A stretch of 64,000 nt of DNA from Eledone cirrhosa (GCA_964016885.1 OZ024740.1:75826001-75890000), one strand, 5' to 3'. Shown: positions 12,372 to 26,715, counted from the stretch's first letter. Program-made: numbers and translations. The notes: generated by a model from the sequence alone, not told the origin.

Positions 12372-13812
12372 GTAAGTAATACTTGAATTTCATAAACAAA
12401 ACTTTATTGGTGATGTGATTAAAGCATCTGACAGGGCTTTTCTAGGTTTGAGATAAAATCTTTTCAAAATCAAATAAACCAGCAACCAGCATGTAGCCTT
12501 TACAACTCTCTCCTTCATTATTCCCTTGTCGGATGGAATGTACCTTTCATACAATCCTACCACTCAGTTTCGCCTACTACACTCATAATCACATACCTCT
12601 GTCCTCATTAACCACCTTTCTATTTTCTCTCTCAAATACATTTGCCTTATAGTGTTGGTGCCACTATAAAATGCACTTGATATAATCTGTAAATTAGTTG
12701 TTATTTGAACAGTGACAACATAGAATAGGGAGAATCCACCCAATACACCCTGTAAAGTGGTTGGTGTTGGGAAGCACATCTAACCATAAAAACTATGTTG
12801 AATAAGAGTAGGGAGGACTCTTTAGTCATGTCAAGGACATGACAACCACTCAAATGCTGGCGATGTGATAAAATGCACAGAGTGCACTCTGTAATTTAAT
12901 TGGTATCAGGAAGGGCATCCAGCTGTGTAAACCATGCCAAAAATGGAAGATATTGAGCGAGACATGTTTCCTCAAATCTGTCTTGGGGGAACAATAGTTC
13001 CAATTAAGCCCTTACCTGTTCTGTAATGACCATATTACCATTGAAAAATAGATGTAAAATGGTGACACAATGATCCACTAAGGCCTCTAATGGTCTCTAT
13101 CTCTATGTAGTTGCAATTAAAAGAGAGCTTATTGGTTGCTTACAGAATACCTTTCTATAGAAAACTATATCCAAACAAAGTTCATGGCTGCAACTATCCT
13201 ATTTACTTTATAGTGCCAGTGTCCTTTGAAAAACCATAAATATCACAATTTACATGTCTTCAATCTTGTTTTTATAAAATGTGTTTTGAGTTTTCTATGG
13301 AATAACTCTTTAGTATATATGTTCTCGTTTACTGGTGCCATGATAAAATTCTCCCAGTACACTTTGTAATATGGTTGAGGCAAGAAAGGATATCCAGCTA
13401 TAGAAACTATGCTAAAAATGGAATTTATGAGCAAGATGTTCTCCACCCCATTCAGGAAGACAGCAACTCTGAATAAGAACTAACTCAGATTATAGCCACA
13501 TGTCCACCCCATGCCAATGTGGAAAACAAACTTAAATTGATAATGATGATAATGTCTCAATTCAAGTATCAAAGGCAGAGAAACCATGACAGGAATTGAA
13601 CACATCATGCAAGGAGCTGGAATAAGTACAGCATGTCTTACATGTTGCTTGTTGCTTTTCCCTGTCTCAAATCGGTGGATATAATGATTTATATCATTAA
13701 ATTTCTTTTATCTTCTATAAATACATTTCTACAATTTTCCTTATATATGAAATCAATATAATAAACTTATTTTTACAATGTTTTCATTTCTCTTTCTCTT
13801 ATTTTTATGTAG

Positions 13813-13908
13813 GAAATTCCTTGTTTTTGCTCACAGTTTAGATCTCTATGTTATCCTGCGACCAGGACCCTATATCTGCTCTGAATGGGATTTTGGTGGA
13901 ATCCCCAG
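13813..13908 (+). CDS. GH35 exon ([31 protein letters not shown])
   Basis: tag|...|gtaatc; RPGPYIC.EW..GG.P signature; phase 2-2. Confidence 0.95.
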
Positions 13909-14825
13909 GTAATCGATTTTACATTTCTTCCAGTTGTGCTTAACAGAACAATACTTTGATTTTTTTTTCACTTTTTCTAGCTTTAAAAAGTTTTCTGACT
14001 TTAGTGAATTTATTGAGCATTTGGGCATTTGGGAGGGCTCATTACTCACTAGTCTGGTGCTGCTAAAAAACTGGATGTAGACGAATGTCTTGTGAGAGCC
14101 ACACAAAAAATGTAGAGAGATAATGCTAGAATGTTTGAGTTAACAATGAGTTTAACAATGAATTTAGTATGCAGGTAGGTGATCACCAAGGCTTGGTTCT
14201 CAATCTCTTCTTGTTTATTATAATTTACCAGGCTGTAACAGTAGTTCTAGATTGGCTATCCACAGGAACTCCTGTATGCCAATGATCTAGTTTTCATAGA
14301 CAAATTTGTAAAAGAATTAGAAGAACTGTTTCAAACATGGCAGCATGGTCTAGAATAAAAGAGTTTAAAGAGAGACCTAGGAAATACAAACGTTTTAGGT
14401 AGCAAGAAAGGATTTTGGATTCTGTTACCATCTAGGAAGTGGCCATAGAGATTAAGGGACATAGTAGAATCACAAGCAAGTTGACAGAGGACTTCATACA
14501 TAACAAAATTGAAATTCGAAGTAAGGCCACTGTAGATGTAGACAACAGCTTCTGTTATGTCAATGGCCTAATCAGCAATGAAAGCAGATTGTCCACAAAC
14601 ATACTAGCTAGTGTAAGAATGTGGTTGAAAAAGGTTCAGTGCTGCTAGCAAAACAATTAAATACCTGCAGTAGATTTGAAATTGGTAATCTGATACCTTA
14701 TCTATTCTGCTATTTTATACCCCAAATCACTAACCTTTTGAATATCTTGTAAACAAACCTCAGGAGTTCCTCTTTTGTAATTCAAGTTTAATGTCAGTTC
14801 TGATGTATGTCTTTATTTTCTTCAG

Positions 14826-14931
14826 TTGGCTCCTTCGCACCCATGCACCTCTCCGTACTAATTCAGCACCCTACATGTATGCAGTCGAGAGATATTTTGC
14901 TAACATGATGCCACAAATTGTTAATTTCCAG
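14826..14931 (+). CDS. GH35 exon (WLLRTHAPLRTNSAPYMYAVERYFANMMPQIVNFQ)
   Basis: ttcag|...|gtaatt; WL..LRT motif; phase 2-0. Confidence 0.92.
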
Positions 14932-14993
14932 GTAATTACATTTAAACTCCTACATCTGTTGTTACACTTTTGCAGAGTCATATTGCACATTTA

Positions 14994-15222
14994 TTAACTC
15001 TTTAATGTTCAAACCGGCCAAAACCGGTCAGAGTTCTCTACCTTTATTCTGTTGAAACTGGCTGTAACTGGTCGCTCAAACTGATGTTAAGGTATTGTTT
15101 TCAAAATAAATACTTTCAAAATCTCATAGATTCGATATTATGTAAGATAATTAAGTGAGATAAAGCCTTTACCATGAAAATACAATAGTATATATAAAGT
15201 AATGTGAATGTTAAAGGGTTAA
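14994..15222. mobile_element. piggyBac-like MITE (TTAA-flanked)
   Basis: TTAA-CTCTTTAATGTTCA...TGAATGTTAAAGGG-TTAA terminal inverted repeats; related copies at 34321 and 43783. Confidence 0.7.
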
Positions 15223-16045
15223 ACCTATGCACTGGTAAATTTTGTTGGCATTGGCAATAAGATGGGTGCCCAAAAATGTGAGGATAGATAGGGTATTGAA
15301 GTTCCTATCAAACAACTAAAGCCATATAATAGAGTTTAGGCCCAAAATTCTACATATCCTACAGAATAAATTAATTTTCTGATGGTAACATATTAAACAG
15401 AGCTCACCATTATTATAATGTATTTAATTTTCATTAATCATCATTTTTATCGTCATCATTTTATATTCATTTTTCCCTGCTGGCTTGGCTTGGATAAAAT
15501 CTTTTGCAGTAGGTTTTCTGTGGTCCAATCTTATTCAGCTATATGAACCATATAGCTATATGCTGCTGAGATTTGTTGAACCAATGCGCTGCAGGATATA
15601 TTGTTTATAGGAGACATAAACAAATGTCACGGTCTGATTGTTTTTAAACAGCATCAAGATCATATTTAATGTGACAAGCATACACACAGCCATATCATCA
15701 TCATCATCATCATCATTTCTGTTTAAGGTCAATTTTTCCACGCTTGCATGGGTTAGATGGGTTGTCTATGCTGGGAGGCAAGTCTGGCCGGCCAGAGTTG
15801 GCCATGGGACACACCTTGTTCCGACAAAGACTGTAAAGAGACACAAGGGCACAAGGAAGGAAGAAAAAAGGGTAGTTAGACAGTTAATTGAGGGGGGGAC
15901 AACACAATATTGCTATAGATAAAAACAGAAGTTCTCTAATGATTGTTTATTAGAAAAGGGGAAAGAGACACAACAGAAACCTTCTCATTTCAACTCCTGT
16001 CAGAAATGTTCTGCCAATTGTGTTAACATTATTTTCATGGATTGG

Positions 16046-16421
16046 ATTTGCAGTATCGGTAGAGGGTCGGACGCCATGCTTTCCAGCATAGTTACGTCCC
16101 TTTACGATCTGAGTTCAAATCCCGCCGAGGTTGACTTTGCCTTTCATCCTTACGGGGTCGATAAAATAAAGTACCAGTAATGCACTGGGTAATTGCTGGC
16201 CTTGTGCCAAAAGTAGAAACAATTATTTTCATGGATTGGCAGTATCGGTAGAGGGTCGGATGCCATGCTTTGATGCATAGAGTTATGGCCCTTGCCATTC
16301 TGAGTTCAAATCCCACCGAGGTTAACTTTGCCTTTCATCCTTACGGGGCCAATAAAATAAAGTACCAGTAATGCACTGGGTATTTGCTGGCCTTGTGCCA
16401 AAAGTAGAAACAATTATTTTC
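16046..16421 (+). mobile_element. Two tandem tRNA-derived SINE copies
   Basis: B-box GAGTTCAAATCC and a conserved body (gaggttgactttgcctttcatcc..gtcgataaaataaagtacc) repeated at ~188-bp spacing. Confidence 0.8.
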
Positions 16422-16583
16422 AGTAAATTCATCCACCTGCTTCTCATGGATACTACAGCAAATGTCAAAACACAATGCTTGAAAACAGTTTCTAAATTTA
16501 AAATTTAAATCAAATATCCAAGTGACAAGACCAGAACATTTTGATGGAGGGATTTTTAATTCTCGAAATATTAGGACAAAATA

Positions 16584-16760
16584 ATTATAATGATTTCTAC
16601 TTTTGGCACAAGGCCAGCAATTTATCCCAGTGCATTATGGTGCTTTATTTTACAAAGTTAACCTCGGCGGGATTTGAAATCAGACCATAAAGGGCCGTAA
16701 CACTATGTTGCAAAGCATTGCGTCTGACCCTCGACCAATACTATCAATCAACCGCCCCAT
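16584..16760 (-). mobile_element. Same SINE family, inverted copy
   Basis: Reverse complement of the SINE above (tttctacttttggcacaaggccagcaa...ggatttgaa). Confidence 0.78.
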
Positions 16761-16764
16761 GACT

Positions 16765-19700
16765 GATGTTGTTTAGCCCCAAGAGTACACCTATGACCAC
16801 CATGAGGTTCCCCTTGTTTAGCTGCTATTTCTAGCAAGACTATAGACCACCATAAAGTTTCTCCTATGTGCTGTTATTTCTAGCACACATATCTACCACC
16901 ATAAGGTTTCCACTATTTTGCTGCTATTTCAAGCACACCTATGAACCACCGTAAGGTTCCCCCTGTTCAGCTGATGTAGCTGCTATTTCTAGCATACCTA
17001 TGGACCACAATGAGGTTTCCCCCAATTTAGCTGCTATTTCCAGCAAACATATGGACCACCATGAGGTTCTTCTGTGTAGCTGCTATTTCTAGCAAACCTA
17101 TAGACCACTCTTACGTTCCCCCTATTTACCTGCTATTTCTAGCACACCTATGGAGCTCCATGAGGTTCCCCCTAGTTAGCTGGTATATCTAGCACACCTA
17201 TGGATCACCGTGAGGTTCTTCCTGTTTAGCTGATATAGCTGCTATTTCTAGCATACCTATGGACTACCATAAGGGTTCACCATATTTAGCTCCTATTTCT
17301 AGCATACCTATGGACCACCATGAGATTCCCACTAGTTAGCTGCTATTTATAGAACACCTATGGACCACCATAAAGTTCCCCCTATTTAGCTGCTATTTCT
17401 AGCACACCTATGTATTACCATAAGGTTGCCCCTATTCAGATGCTATTTCAAGCACACCTATAAACCACCATGAGGCCCCCTTTATTTTAATACTATTTCT
17501 AACACACCTATTGACCTCCATGACTTTCCCGGTATTTAGCTGCTATTTCTAGCACACCTATACACCACTATGAGGTTTCCCCTAATTAGCTACTATTTGT
17601 AGTAGACCTATGGACCACCACGAGGCTCCCCTTTTTTAGGTGATATAGCTGCTATTTCGAGAACACCTATGGACCACCATGAGGTTCCACTCTTTAGTTG
17701 ATGTAGCCGCTATTTCTAGCACACCTATTGACCACCAGAAGTTTTCCCCTAATTAGCTGCAATTTCTAGAACACCTATGGACCACCATGAGGTTATTCCT
17801 GTTTAGCTAATGTAGCTGCTATTTCTAGCATACCTATGAATACTATAAGGGTTCACCATATTTAGCTCCTATTTCTAACACAGCTATGGATGACGATGAG
17901 CTTCTCCCTATTTAGTTGCTATTTCTAGCACACTTATGGTCCACAAACGTTCTCCAAATTTAGCTACTATTTCTAGCACACCTATGGACCAGATATGAGT
18001 TTACTCCTATTTAGCAGCTATTTCTAGCACACCTATAACCCACCACGAGGCTCCCTTTCTTGCTGCTTTTTCTAGCACACCTATTGACCACCACCAGTTT
18101 CTCCCTATTTAGCTGCTATTTCTAGCACACCTATATACCACCATGAAGTTTCTCCTGATGTGCTTCTATTTGTAGCAGACCTATGGATGACCATGAGGTT
18201 CCTCAATTCAGCTGCTTTTTCCAGCACACTTATAGACCACCAAGGTTTTCCAAATTTAGCTACTATTTCTAGCACACCTATGGACTATCATAAGGTTGCC
18301 CTATTCAGATGCTATTTCAAGCACACTTATAAAGCACAATGTGCTCCCTATATTTTGCTACTATTTCTAGCACACCTATTGACCACCATGAATTTACCCC
18401 CACTTAGCAGTTATTTCTAGCACTCATATTGACCACCTTGAAGTTTCCCCTAAATAGCTGCTATTTGTAGCAAACCTATGGACCACCATGGGGTTTCCCC
18501 TACTTAGCTGCTATTTCTAGCCCATTTATGGACCACCTTAATGTTTCTGCTATTCAATGCTCTTTCTAGCACACCTATGGACCACCATAAGGTTCTCCGT
18601 TTAGCTGATGTAGCTGCTATTTCTAGCACACTTATAGACCACCATGAGTTACTCCAAATTTAGCTACTATTTCTAGTCCACCTATGGACCAGATATGAAT
18701 TTCATCCTATTAGTGGCTATTTCTAGCACACCTATAGACTACCATAAGGTTCTTCTTGTTTAGCTAATATATCTGTTATTTCTAGCATACCTATGGACTA
18801 CCATATTTAGCTCCTATTTCTAACACAGCTATGAATGACAATGAGCTTCCCCCTATTTAGCTGCTATTTCTAGCACACTTATGGACTACCATGAGCTAGC
18901 TCCTATTTAGCTGCTATTTCTAACAAACCTATGGATCACCATGAGGTTCCCCCGGTTTAGCTGATGTAGCTGCTCTTTCAAGCACACCTATGGACCACCA
19001 TAAGGTTCTCACTATCTAGCTGCCTATTTCTAGAAAACCTATGGATCACCATATGGTTCCCCAAATTTAGCTGATACTTCTAGCACATTTATGGACCATC
19101 GTTAGGTTACCACTATTTCTAGCCCATCTATAGACCACCATGAACTTCCTTTTTTTTTAGTGGCTATTTCTAGCCCATCTATTGATGACAATGAGGTTTC
19201 CCTATTTTGCTGCTATTTCTAGCACACCTATGGACCACCATATGGTTCCCCTATTTAGCTGCTATTTTTAGCACACCTACTGGCCACTATGAGGTTCCCA
19301 ACATTTAGCTGCTATTTCTAGAAACCCTATGGACCACCATGTGGTTCCCCCTGTTAAGTTGGTGTAGCTGCTATTTCTAGCACCCCTTAGAACCATCATG
19401 AGGTTCCCCTAGTTTAGCTGATATAGCTGCTATTTCTCAGCCATTTATGAACCACCATGTCGGTTCCCCCTCTTTAGCTGCTATTTCTAGCACACCTATG
19501 TACCACCATACAGTTACACCTATTTAACTGTTATTTCCAGCACATCTATGAACCACCATGAGGTTCCCCCTATTTAGCCCCCATTTCTAGCACACCTATG
19601 GATCACCATGAGGTTCCTCCTATTTAGCTGCTATTTCTAGCATACGTGTGAACCACCTTGACGCTTCCCTTAAATGGCTGCTATTTGTAGCACACCTATG

Positions 19701-22700
19701 GAACACCATGTTGTTTCCCTTACATAGCTGCTATTTATAGCACACGTATGAACCACCTTGATGTTCCCACTATTTAGCTTTTTATTTTTAGCTCACTTGT
19801 ACTACAATGAGGTTCTTCCTGTTTAGTTTATATAGCTGCTACTTCAAGCATACTTATGGACTACCATAAGGGTTCCCCATATTTAGCTCCTATTTCTAAC
19901 ACAGCTATGGACGACAATGAGCTTACCCCTATTTAGCTACTATTTCTAGTTCACCTATAGACTAACATAATGTTGCCCCTATTCAGCTGAAATTTCAAGC
20001 ACACCCATAAACCACCATGAGGCTCCCTTTATTTTGCTGATATTTCTAGCACACCTATTGACCACCATTAGTTTCCCCCTATGTAGCTGCTATTTCTAGC
20101 ACATCTATGGACCTCGATGAGGTTTCCCCTAATAGCTGCTATTTGAAGCACACCTATGTACCACAATGAGGTACCCCCTATTTAGTTGACGTAGTTACTA
20201 TTTCTAGCACACCTATGGACCACTATGGAGTTCCCACTATTTAACTGATATAGCTGCTATTTCTAGCCCATTTATGGACCACCATGTGAGTTCCCCTTCT
20301 TTAGCTGCTATTTCTAGCACACCTATGTATCACCATACAGTTACACCTATTTAACTGGTATTTCTAGCACACCTATGGACCACCATGAGGTTCCCCCCTA
20401 TTTAGCTGGTATTTCTAACAGACATGACAAACCATGAGGTTCCCCTTATTTAGCTGCTATTTCTAGCATATCTGTGGACCACCTTGACGTTTCCTCTAAA
20501 TAGCTGCTATTTGTCGCAGACTTATGGAACACCATGTTGTTTCTCCTTACGTAGCTGCTATTTCTAGCACACGTATGGACTACTATTTAATGATTCTAGC
20601 ATACCTATGTACAACTACAAAGTTCTCCCTGTTTAGCTGATATATCTGCTATTTTTAGGACACCTATAGACCACCATGAGTTATTTTAAATTTAGCTACT
20701 ATTTCTACCACATCTATGGACCAGATATGAGTTTCATCCTATTTAGCGGCTATTTCTAGAACACATATGGACCACTATGTAGTTGCCCCTATTTAGCTTC
20801 TACTTCTAGCACACCTATGGACTACCGTGGGGTTCTTCCTGTTTAGCTGATATAGCTGCTATTTCTAGCTTACCTATGGACTACATAAGGTTTCACAATA
20901 TTTACCTCCTGTTTCTCACACAGCTATGGACGACAATGAGCTTCTCCCTATTTAGCTTCTATTTCTAGCACAACTATGGCCCACCATAAGGTTCACCTAT
21001 TTAGCTACTATTTCTAGCACATCTATGGACTACCATACGGTTGCCCCTATTCAGCTGCTATTTTAACCACACATATAAACCATCTGGCTCCCTTTATTTT
21101 GCTACTACTTCTAGCACATTATTGACCACCATGAGTTTCCCTCTATTTAGCTGCTATTTCTAGGACACCTATAAACCACAATGAGGCTTCTCCTAATTAG
21201 CTGGTATTTGTAGCAGACCTATGGACCACTATGAGGTTTTTCCTATTCAGCTGCTTTTCTAGCACACCTATAATGCACCATGAGGTTCCCCTTATTTAGC
21301 TGCTATTTGTAGCACACCTATGAACCACCATGAGATACCCCTTGTTTAGTTGATATAGCTGCAATTTGTAGCACACCTATGGGCGACTATGAGGTTTCCC
21401 CTACTTTCTATTTCTAGCACATCTATGGACCACCATGAGGTTCTCGTATTTAGCTGCTATTTCTAGACCACCTATTGACCAGCATGCGGTTCCACTTGTT
21501 TAGCTGATTTAGCTGCTATTTCTAGCCCATTTATGGACCACCATCTGGGTTTCCCCTATTTAGCTCCTATTTCTAGCACACCTATGGACCACCAGAAGGT
21601 TACACTTATTTAACTGCTATTTCTAGCACACTTGTGGACCACTATGAGGTTCCCACTATTTAGATGCTATTTCTAGAACACCTATGGACCACCATTACGT
21701 TCCCACATTTTAGCTGCTATTTCTAGCCTGCCTATTGACCACCATGAGGCTCGCCTGTTTAGTTGATGTATCTGCTATTTCTAGCACACCTAAGACCGCA
21801 TGTGAGGCTCCTCCTATTTAGCTGCTATTTCTAGCACACTACTGGACCTCCATCAGGTTTCCCTTATTTTGCTTCTATTTTGACCACACCTTTTTGCCAA
21901 CATGAATTTCCTACTCTTTTTGCTGCTATTTCTAGTACACCAATGGACTACCATGAGGTTTTCCCTGTTTAGCTGATATAGCTGCTATTTCTAGCATACC
22001 TATGGACAAGAGATCACCATATTCAACTCCTATGGAAGAAAATGAGCTACCCTCTATTTAGCTGCTATTTTTAGTACACCAATGGACCAACATAATTTTT
22101 CCCCTATTCACTTGCTCTTTCTAGCACACCTATAAACTGCCTTGAGGCTCCCATTATTTTGCTGCTATTTCTAGCATACCTATACACCATTAGGAGGTCT
22201 CTAAATTTAGCTAATATTTCTAGCACGCATATGGACCAACATGAGTTTTGTGCTATTTAGCTGCTATCTCTAGCACACCTATTGACCACCATGAATAACA
22301 CCCCTGTTTAGTTCATGCTATTTCTAGTACACGTATGGACTACAATGAGGTTCTTCTTGTTTAGCTGATGTGACTGCTATTTCTAGCCCATTTATGGACC
22401 ACCATGAGATTCCACCTATTTAGCTGCTATTTCTAGCACATGTATAGACCACCATCAGGTTATACCTATTTAGCTATTATTTCTAGCACTCCTATGGACC
22501 ACCATGATGTTCCCCCCGTTTAGCTAATGTAAGTGCTTTTTCGAGCACACCCATGGACCACCATAGTTCCAACTATCTAGATGCAATTTCTAGAACACGT
22601 ATAGACCACTATTAGGTTCTCACAATTTAGCTGCTATCTCTAGAATATCTATGGACCACCATGTGGTTCTTCCAATTTAGCTGATATTTCTAGACCACCA

Positions 22701-24423
22701 TGGGCTTCCCCTATTTCTAGCACACATATGGTTCCCTATTTAGCTGCTACTTTTAGCACACCTATGGACCACCATGAGGTCCCCACTATTTAGCTGCTGT
22801 TCCTAGAAACCCTATGGATCACTATTAGGTTCCCCCTATTTAGCTGCTATTTCTAACACACCTATGGACCACCATGTGGTTCTTTCAATTTAGCTGATAT
22901 TTCTCGACCACCATGAGCTTCCCCTATTTCTAGCACACATATGGTTCCCTATTTAGCTGCTACTTTTAGCACACCTGTGGACCACCATGAGGTCCCCACT
23001 ATTTAGCTGCTGTTCCTAGAAACCCTATGGATCACCATGTAGTTCCCCCTATTTAGCTGCTATTTCTAGCACACCTATGGACCACCATGTGGTTCTTCCA
23101 ATTTAGCTGATATTTCTAGACCACCATGGGCTTCCCCTATTTCTAGCACACATATGGTTCCCTATTTAGCTGCTACTTTTAGCACACCTATGGACCACCA
23201 TGAGGTCCCCACTATTTAGCTGCTGTTCCTAGAAACCCTATGGATCACTATTAGGTTCCCCCTATTTAGCTGCTATTTCTAGCACACCTATGGACCACCA
23301 TGTGGTTCTTCCAATTTAGCTGATATTTCTAGACCACCATGGGCTTCCCCTATTTCTAGCACACATATGGTTCCCTATTTAGCTGCTACTTTTAGCACAC
23401 CTGTGGACCACCATGAGGTCCCCACTATTTAGCTGCTGTTCCTAGAAACCCTATGGATCACCATGTGGTTCCCCCTATTTAGCTGCTATTTCTAGCACAC
23501 TTATGGATCACTATGAGCTTCGCCTTGTTTAGCTGATGTAGCTGCTATTTCTAGCACACCTATGGAAAACCCTTAGGTTACACTTATTTAGCTGCTATTT
23601 GTAGCACACCTATGGACAACCATGAGGTTCACCCTGTTTAGCTGATATAACTGCAATTTCTAGCACGCCTATGGACCACCATGAGTATCCTCCTATTTAG
23701 CTGCTATTCCTTGCAAACACATATGGACTACAATGTGGTTCCTCCTATTTAGCTGCTATTTCTAGCACATTTATGGACCACCATGATGTATGCATTGTTT
23801 AGCTGGTGTAGCTGCTCTTTCTAGCCCATCTATGAACCACAACATTCTTTCCCCTATTTAAATGTTATTTCTAGCACACCTTTGGACCACCATGAGTTTT
23901 TTCTTATTTAGCTGCTATTTCTAGCTCACTTATGAACCACCATGATGTTCCCACTATTTAGTTATTTCTAGTACATCATGAGTTCCCCCCATTTAGTTGC
24001 TATTTCTAGTACACTTATGGACCACCATGAGTTTCCCCCTATTCAGCTGCTTTTTCTAGCACACCTTTGGACGACCATGTGGTTCCACCCCTATAGTGGC
24101 TATTTCTAGCACACCTATGGATAAGCATGAGGTTTCCCTTGTTTAGCTGATGTAGCTGTTATTTCTAGCACATTTATGACCTCCATAAGGTCTCCCTTAT
24201 TTAGCTGCTATTTCTAGCACACCTTTGCACCACCATTAGTTTCCTCCTATTTAGCTGCCATTTTTAGCACACCTATGGATTACCATGAGGTTCCCCTTAT
24301 TCAGCTGCTATTTCTTGTTTACTCATGGACCACCATGTGATTCCCCCTGTTTAGCTGATGTAGCTGCTATTTCTAGCACACCATTATGAGGTTCCCCTGT
24401 TAGCTTATTTAGCTGCTATTTTT
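16765..24423. repeat. ~7.6-kb satellite of a diverged ~50-bp unit (59-bp variants), roughly 150 copies
   Basis: Consensus tttagctgctatttctagcacacctatggaccaccatgaggttcccc(c)ta; period 50 bp (17382 to 17432); GCTGATGTA 9-bp insertion variants. Confidence 0.95.
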
Positions 24424-24430
24424 ATATATA

Positions 24431-24840
24431 CATCATCATCATCATTTTACATTCACTTTTCCTTGCTTGCAAGGGAAGGACGGGTCTTTTTCAGCACAGC
24501 ATCTCTCCATTCGTCACGGTTCTTTGTCATCTTCTCTGTGAGCTTAAGCGATCTGAGGTCAGCTCTCAACACCTCCGCCCATGGTTTTCGTGGTCTTCCT
24601 CTACTGCGTCTTCCTTCCACTGTGATTTCTTAGCACTTCTTTACCCAGCGGTCATCCTCCATGCGCATCACATATCCATACCAACGCAGTCTTCTCTCCT
24701 GCACACTACAGCTTATCCCTCTTATACACAGTTTCTCTCTCAATTGTCTATGCTTGGTCATTCATACACATTGACATTGCACATCCAACGGAACATGCTT
24801 GCTTCATTTCTCTCCAGCTGTAGCATATCCTCCGCAGTTT
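24431..24840 (-). mobile_element. RTE 3' fragment (diverged subfamily)
   Basis: Minus strand encodes ERNEASMFRWMC..RRLRWYG..GRPRK; (GAT)n tail. Confidence 0.8.
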
Positions 24841-25574
24841 CTTTTATTCTCAAATTGCCCACATTTTTCTATCTAGCTTCAATATTGACTGTTATGTTTT
24901 TGTTGGTGATTTTACATTTGTCTTTTTATGGTGAGATCGATAACATTGTAGGAATTCAATATGGCATTGAAAAGATGGTTTCAGCAAGATTAGGCAGTGA
25001 GTGCTATAGTTTTTGTAGTAGCTGCCCATTGTTTCTGAGGAACATGTTGTAATAGATCAGGGATTTCAAGACCAGAAACAGGTAGTGACATAACCACTAC
25101 TTGCTTGTTCATGATCAACTAACCCTCTAAAATGATCATAAAACAATGAACTAATCATTTTTGTAAATATGACAACAATCTATCCAACTAACGACGTATT
25201 ATCTTCACTTTTTTCCGTTTTTTCCAACTTCTTAAACACATTACATAAATTAAGAGCTTATCTCCAACTTTTATGTTTTTCTATTATTCAATACACACGC
25301 ACATATATGTATGTAAATATTTGTCTATATTTACCTTTCTCTCACTTTCATTTTGGTGTTTGTATGTATGTACATATATGTGTGTATGTATGTAAATTTC
25401 TGTCTCCACTCTTTATCTCATACAACAACAACAACCTATACCACCACCACCACCACCACCATCACCATTATCATTACTACTACCACATTCACCCTGTACC
25501 ATCATCACCACCACATTCATTACCACTCACTATTTCCAGCACACATTAACCTAGAACTCTGTCTTATGTTACAG

Positions 25575-25667
25575 TATTCGATCAATGGACCTATCATAGC
25601 TTTCCAACTGGAAAATGAATTTGGTTCCTTCAGCTATGATGCCCAACATCTGGAAAACCTACGTGAG
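25575..25667 (+). CDS. GH35 exon with the acid/base Glu (YSINGPIIAFQLENEFGSFSYDAQHLENLRE)
   Basis: acag|...|gttagt; GPII..Q.ENE.G motif; phase 0-0. Confidence 0.95.
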
Positions 25668-25818
25668 GTTAGTCTTTGTTTTATTATCTATCCATTTTTG
25701 TAAAGTCTATGAAATATGTACAGTTGGTGTAATGATGCTTCATGGTAGTGAAACATCAATAGTTATGTGTTGGTTAAAGCTCAACACATGAATTACCACA
25801 TATACCTCTATATATGTG

Positions 25819-25854
<36 letters not shown>

Positions 25855-26129
25855 AATAAAAAAAGATGGTGGGGAGAGGTGCACACGAGACACATACATC
25901 ATCATCTTCATCATTTGATGTCCATCCTCCACACTAGCATGGTACTGTCATTTGCTCACACAGAACTGATTTTGGCTTGGTTTCTATGGCTGGATGCGCT
26001 TCCTAATGCTAACCATTGGAAAAAAATTAACAGTCCCTTCCCTTCAGTCAACTTTTGGAAATATATATAGTTTTGGTGCATTCAAACTGAGAATGTTCAT
26101 GCAAGTGCATAATGTGGATGATCCATCTA

Positions 26130-26410
26130 AGGTACCTCTCAAGGGCGATGACACATGACTGTGACCTCTGGCGCCACGCAGTAATACAGAAGACCCGACT
26201 TACCACGAGTACAAGCTGAAGCTGAAGCATATAGACAATATGCCCCCACCCCCGCCCACTGCAAATTGGTCGTGGAGGTGCCACGGCAAAAAAGCACCCA
26301 GCCCACACTGTAAAGTGGATGTGTAGGCGCCACGGAAAAAAAAGCACCCAGCATTCACTTTAAATGAGGTTGGTGTTAGGAAGGGCATCCAGCTGTAGAA
26401 ATCAAGCTGT
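26130..26410 (+). mobile_element. RTE 3' end fragment
   Basis: Matches 28045-28320 (gacctctggcg..aaaagcacccag..ggaagggcatccagctgtagaaa). Confidence 0.8.
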
Positions 26411-26633
26411 GTACCCAATTCGCTATACTCAGACACACACAGGTGTGACTTCCTCAGTCAATGTTATCACCCCTTCCTTCCTCAGTCGATGTTATCACCC
26501 TTTCCTTCCTCTGTTTGTCATCACCCCTTCCTTCCTCAGTCGTCTCTAGTGTGTGATGGACAAATACACAAGGGTATTATATATTAGTAGATAGCTGGAA
26601 CTCATTGTTATTGTATGTTTAATATCTTTTCAG

Positions 26634-26715
26634 CTGTTTACGAGGAATGGTATCCATGAGTTATTGCTAATCTCAGATGGCTTAGCAGGAATCACGAGCA
26701 CTTCAATTTCTGGTG
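26634..26715 (+). CDS. GH35 exon (LFTRNGIHELLLISDGLAGITSTSISG)
   Basis: ttcag|...|gtaagt; GI.ELL..SD motif; phase 0-1. Confidence 0.9.

Noticed and set aside
16765-24423. CRISPR-like array
   Set aside because: The variable parts are diverged copies of one consensus rather than unique spacers; no cas genes; eukaryotic intron.
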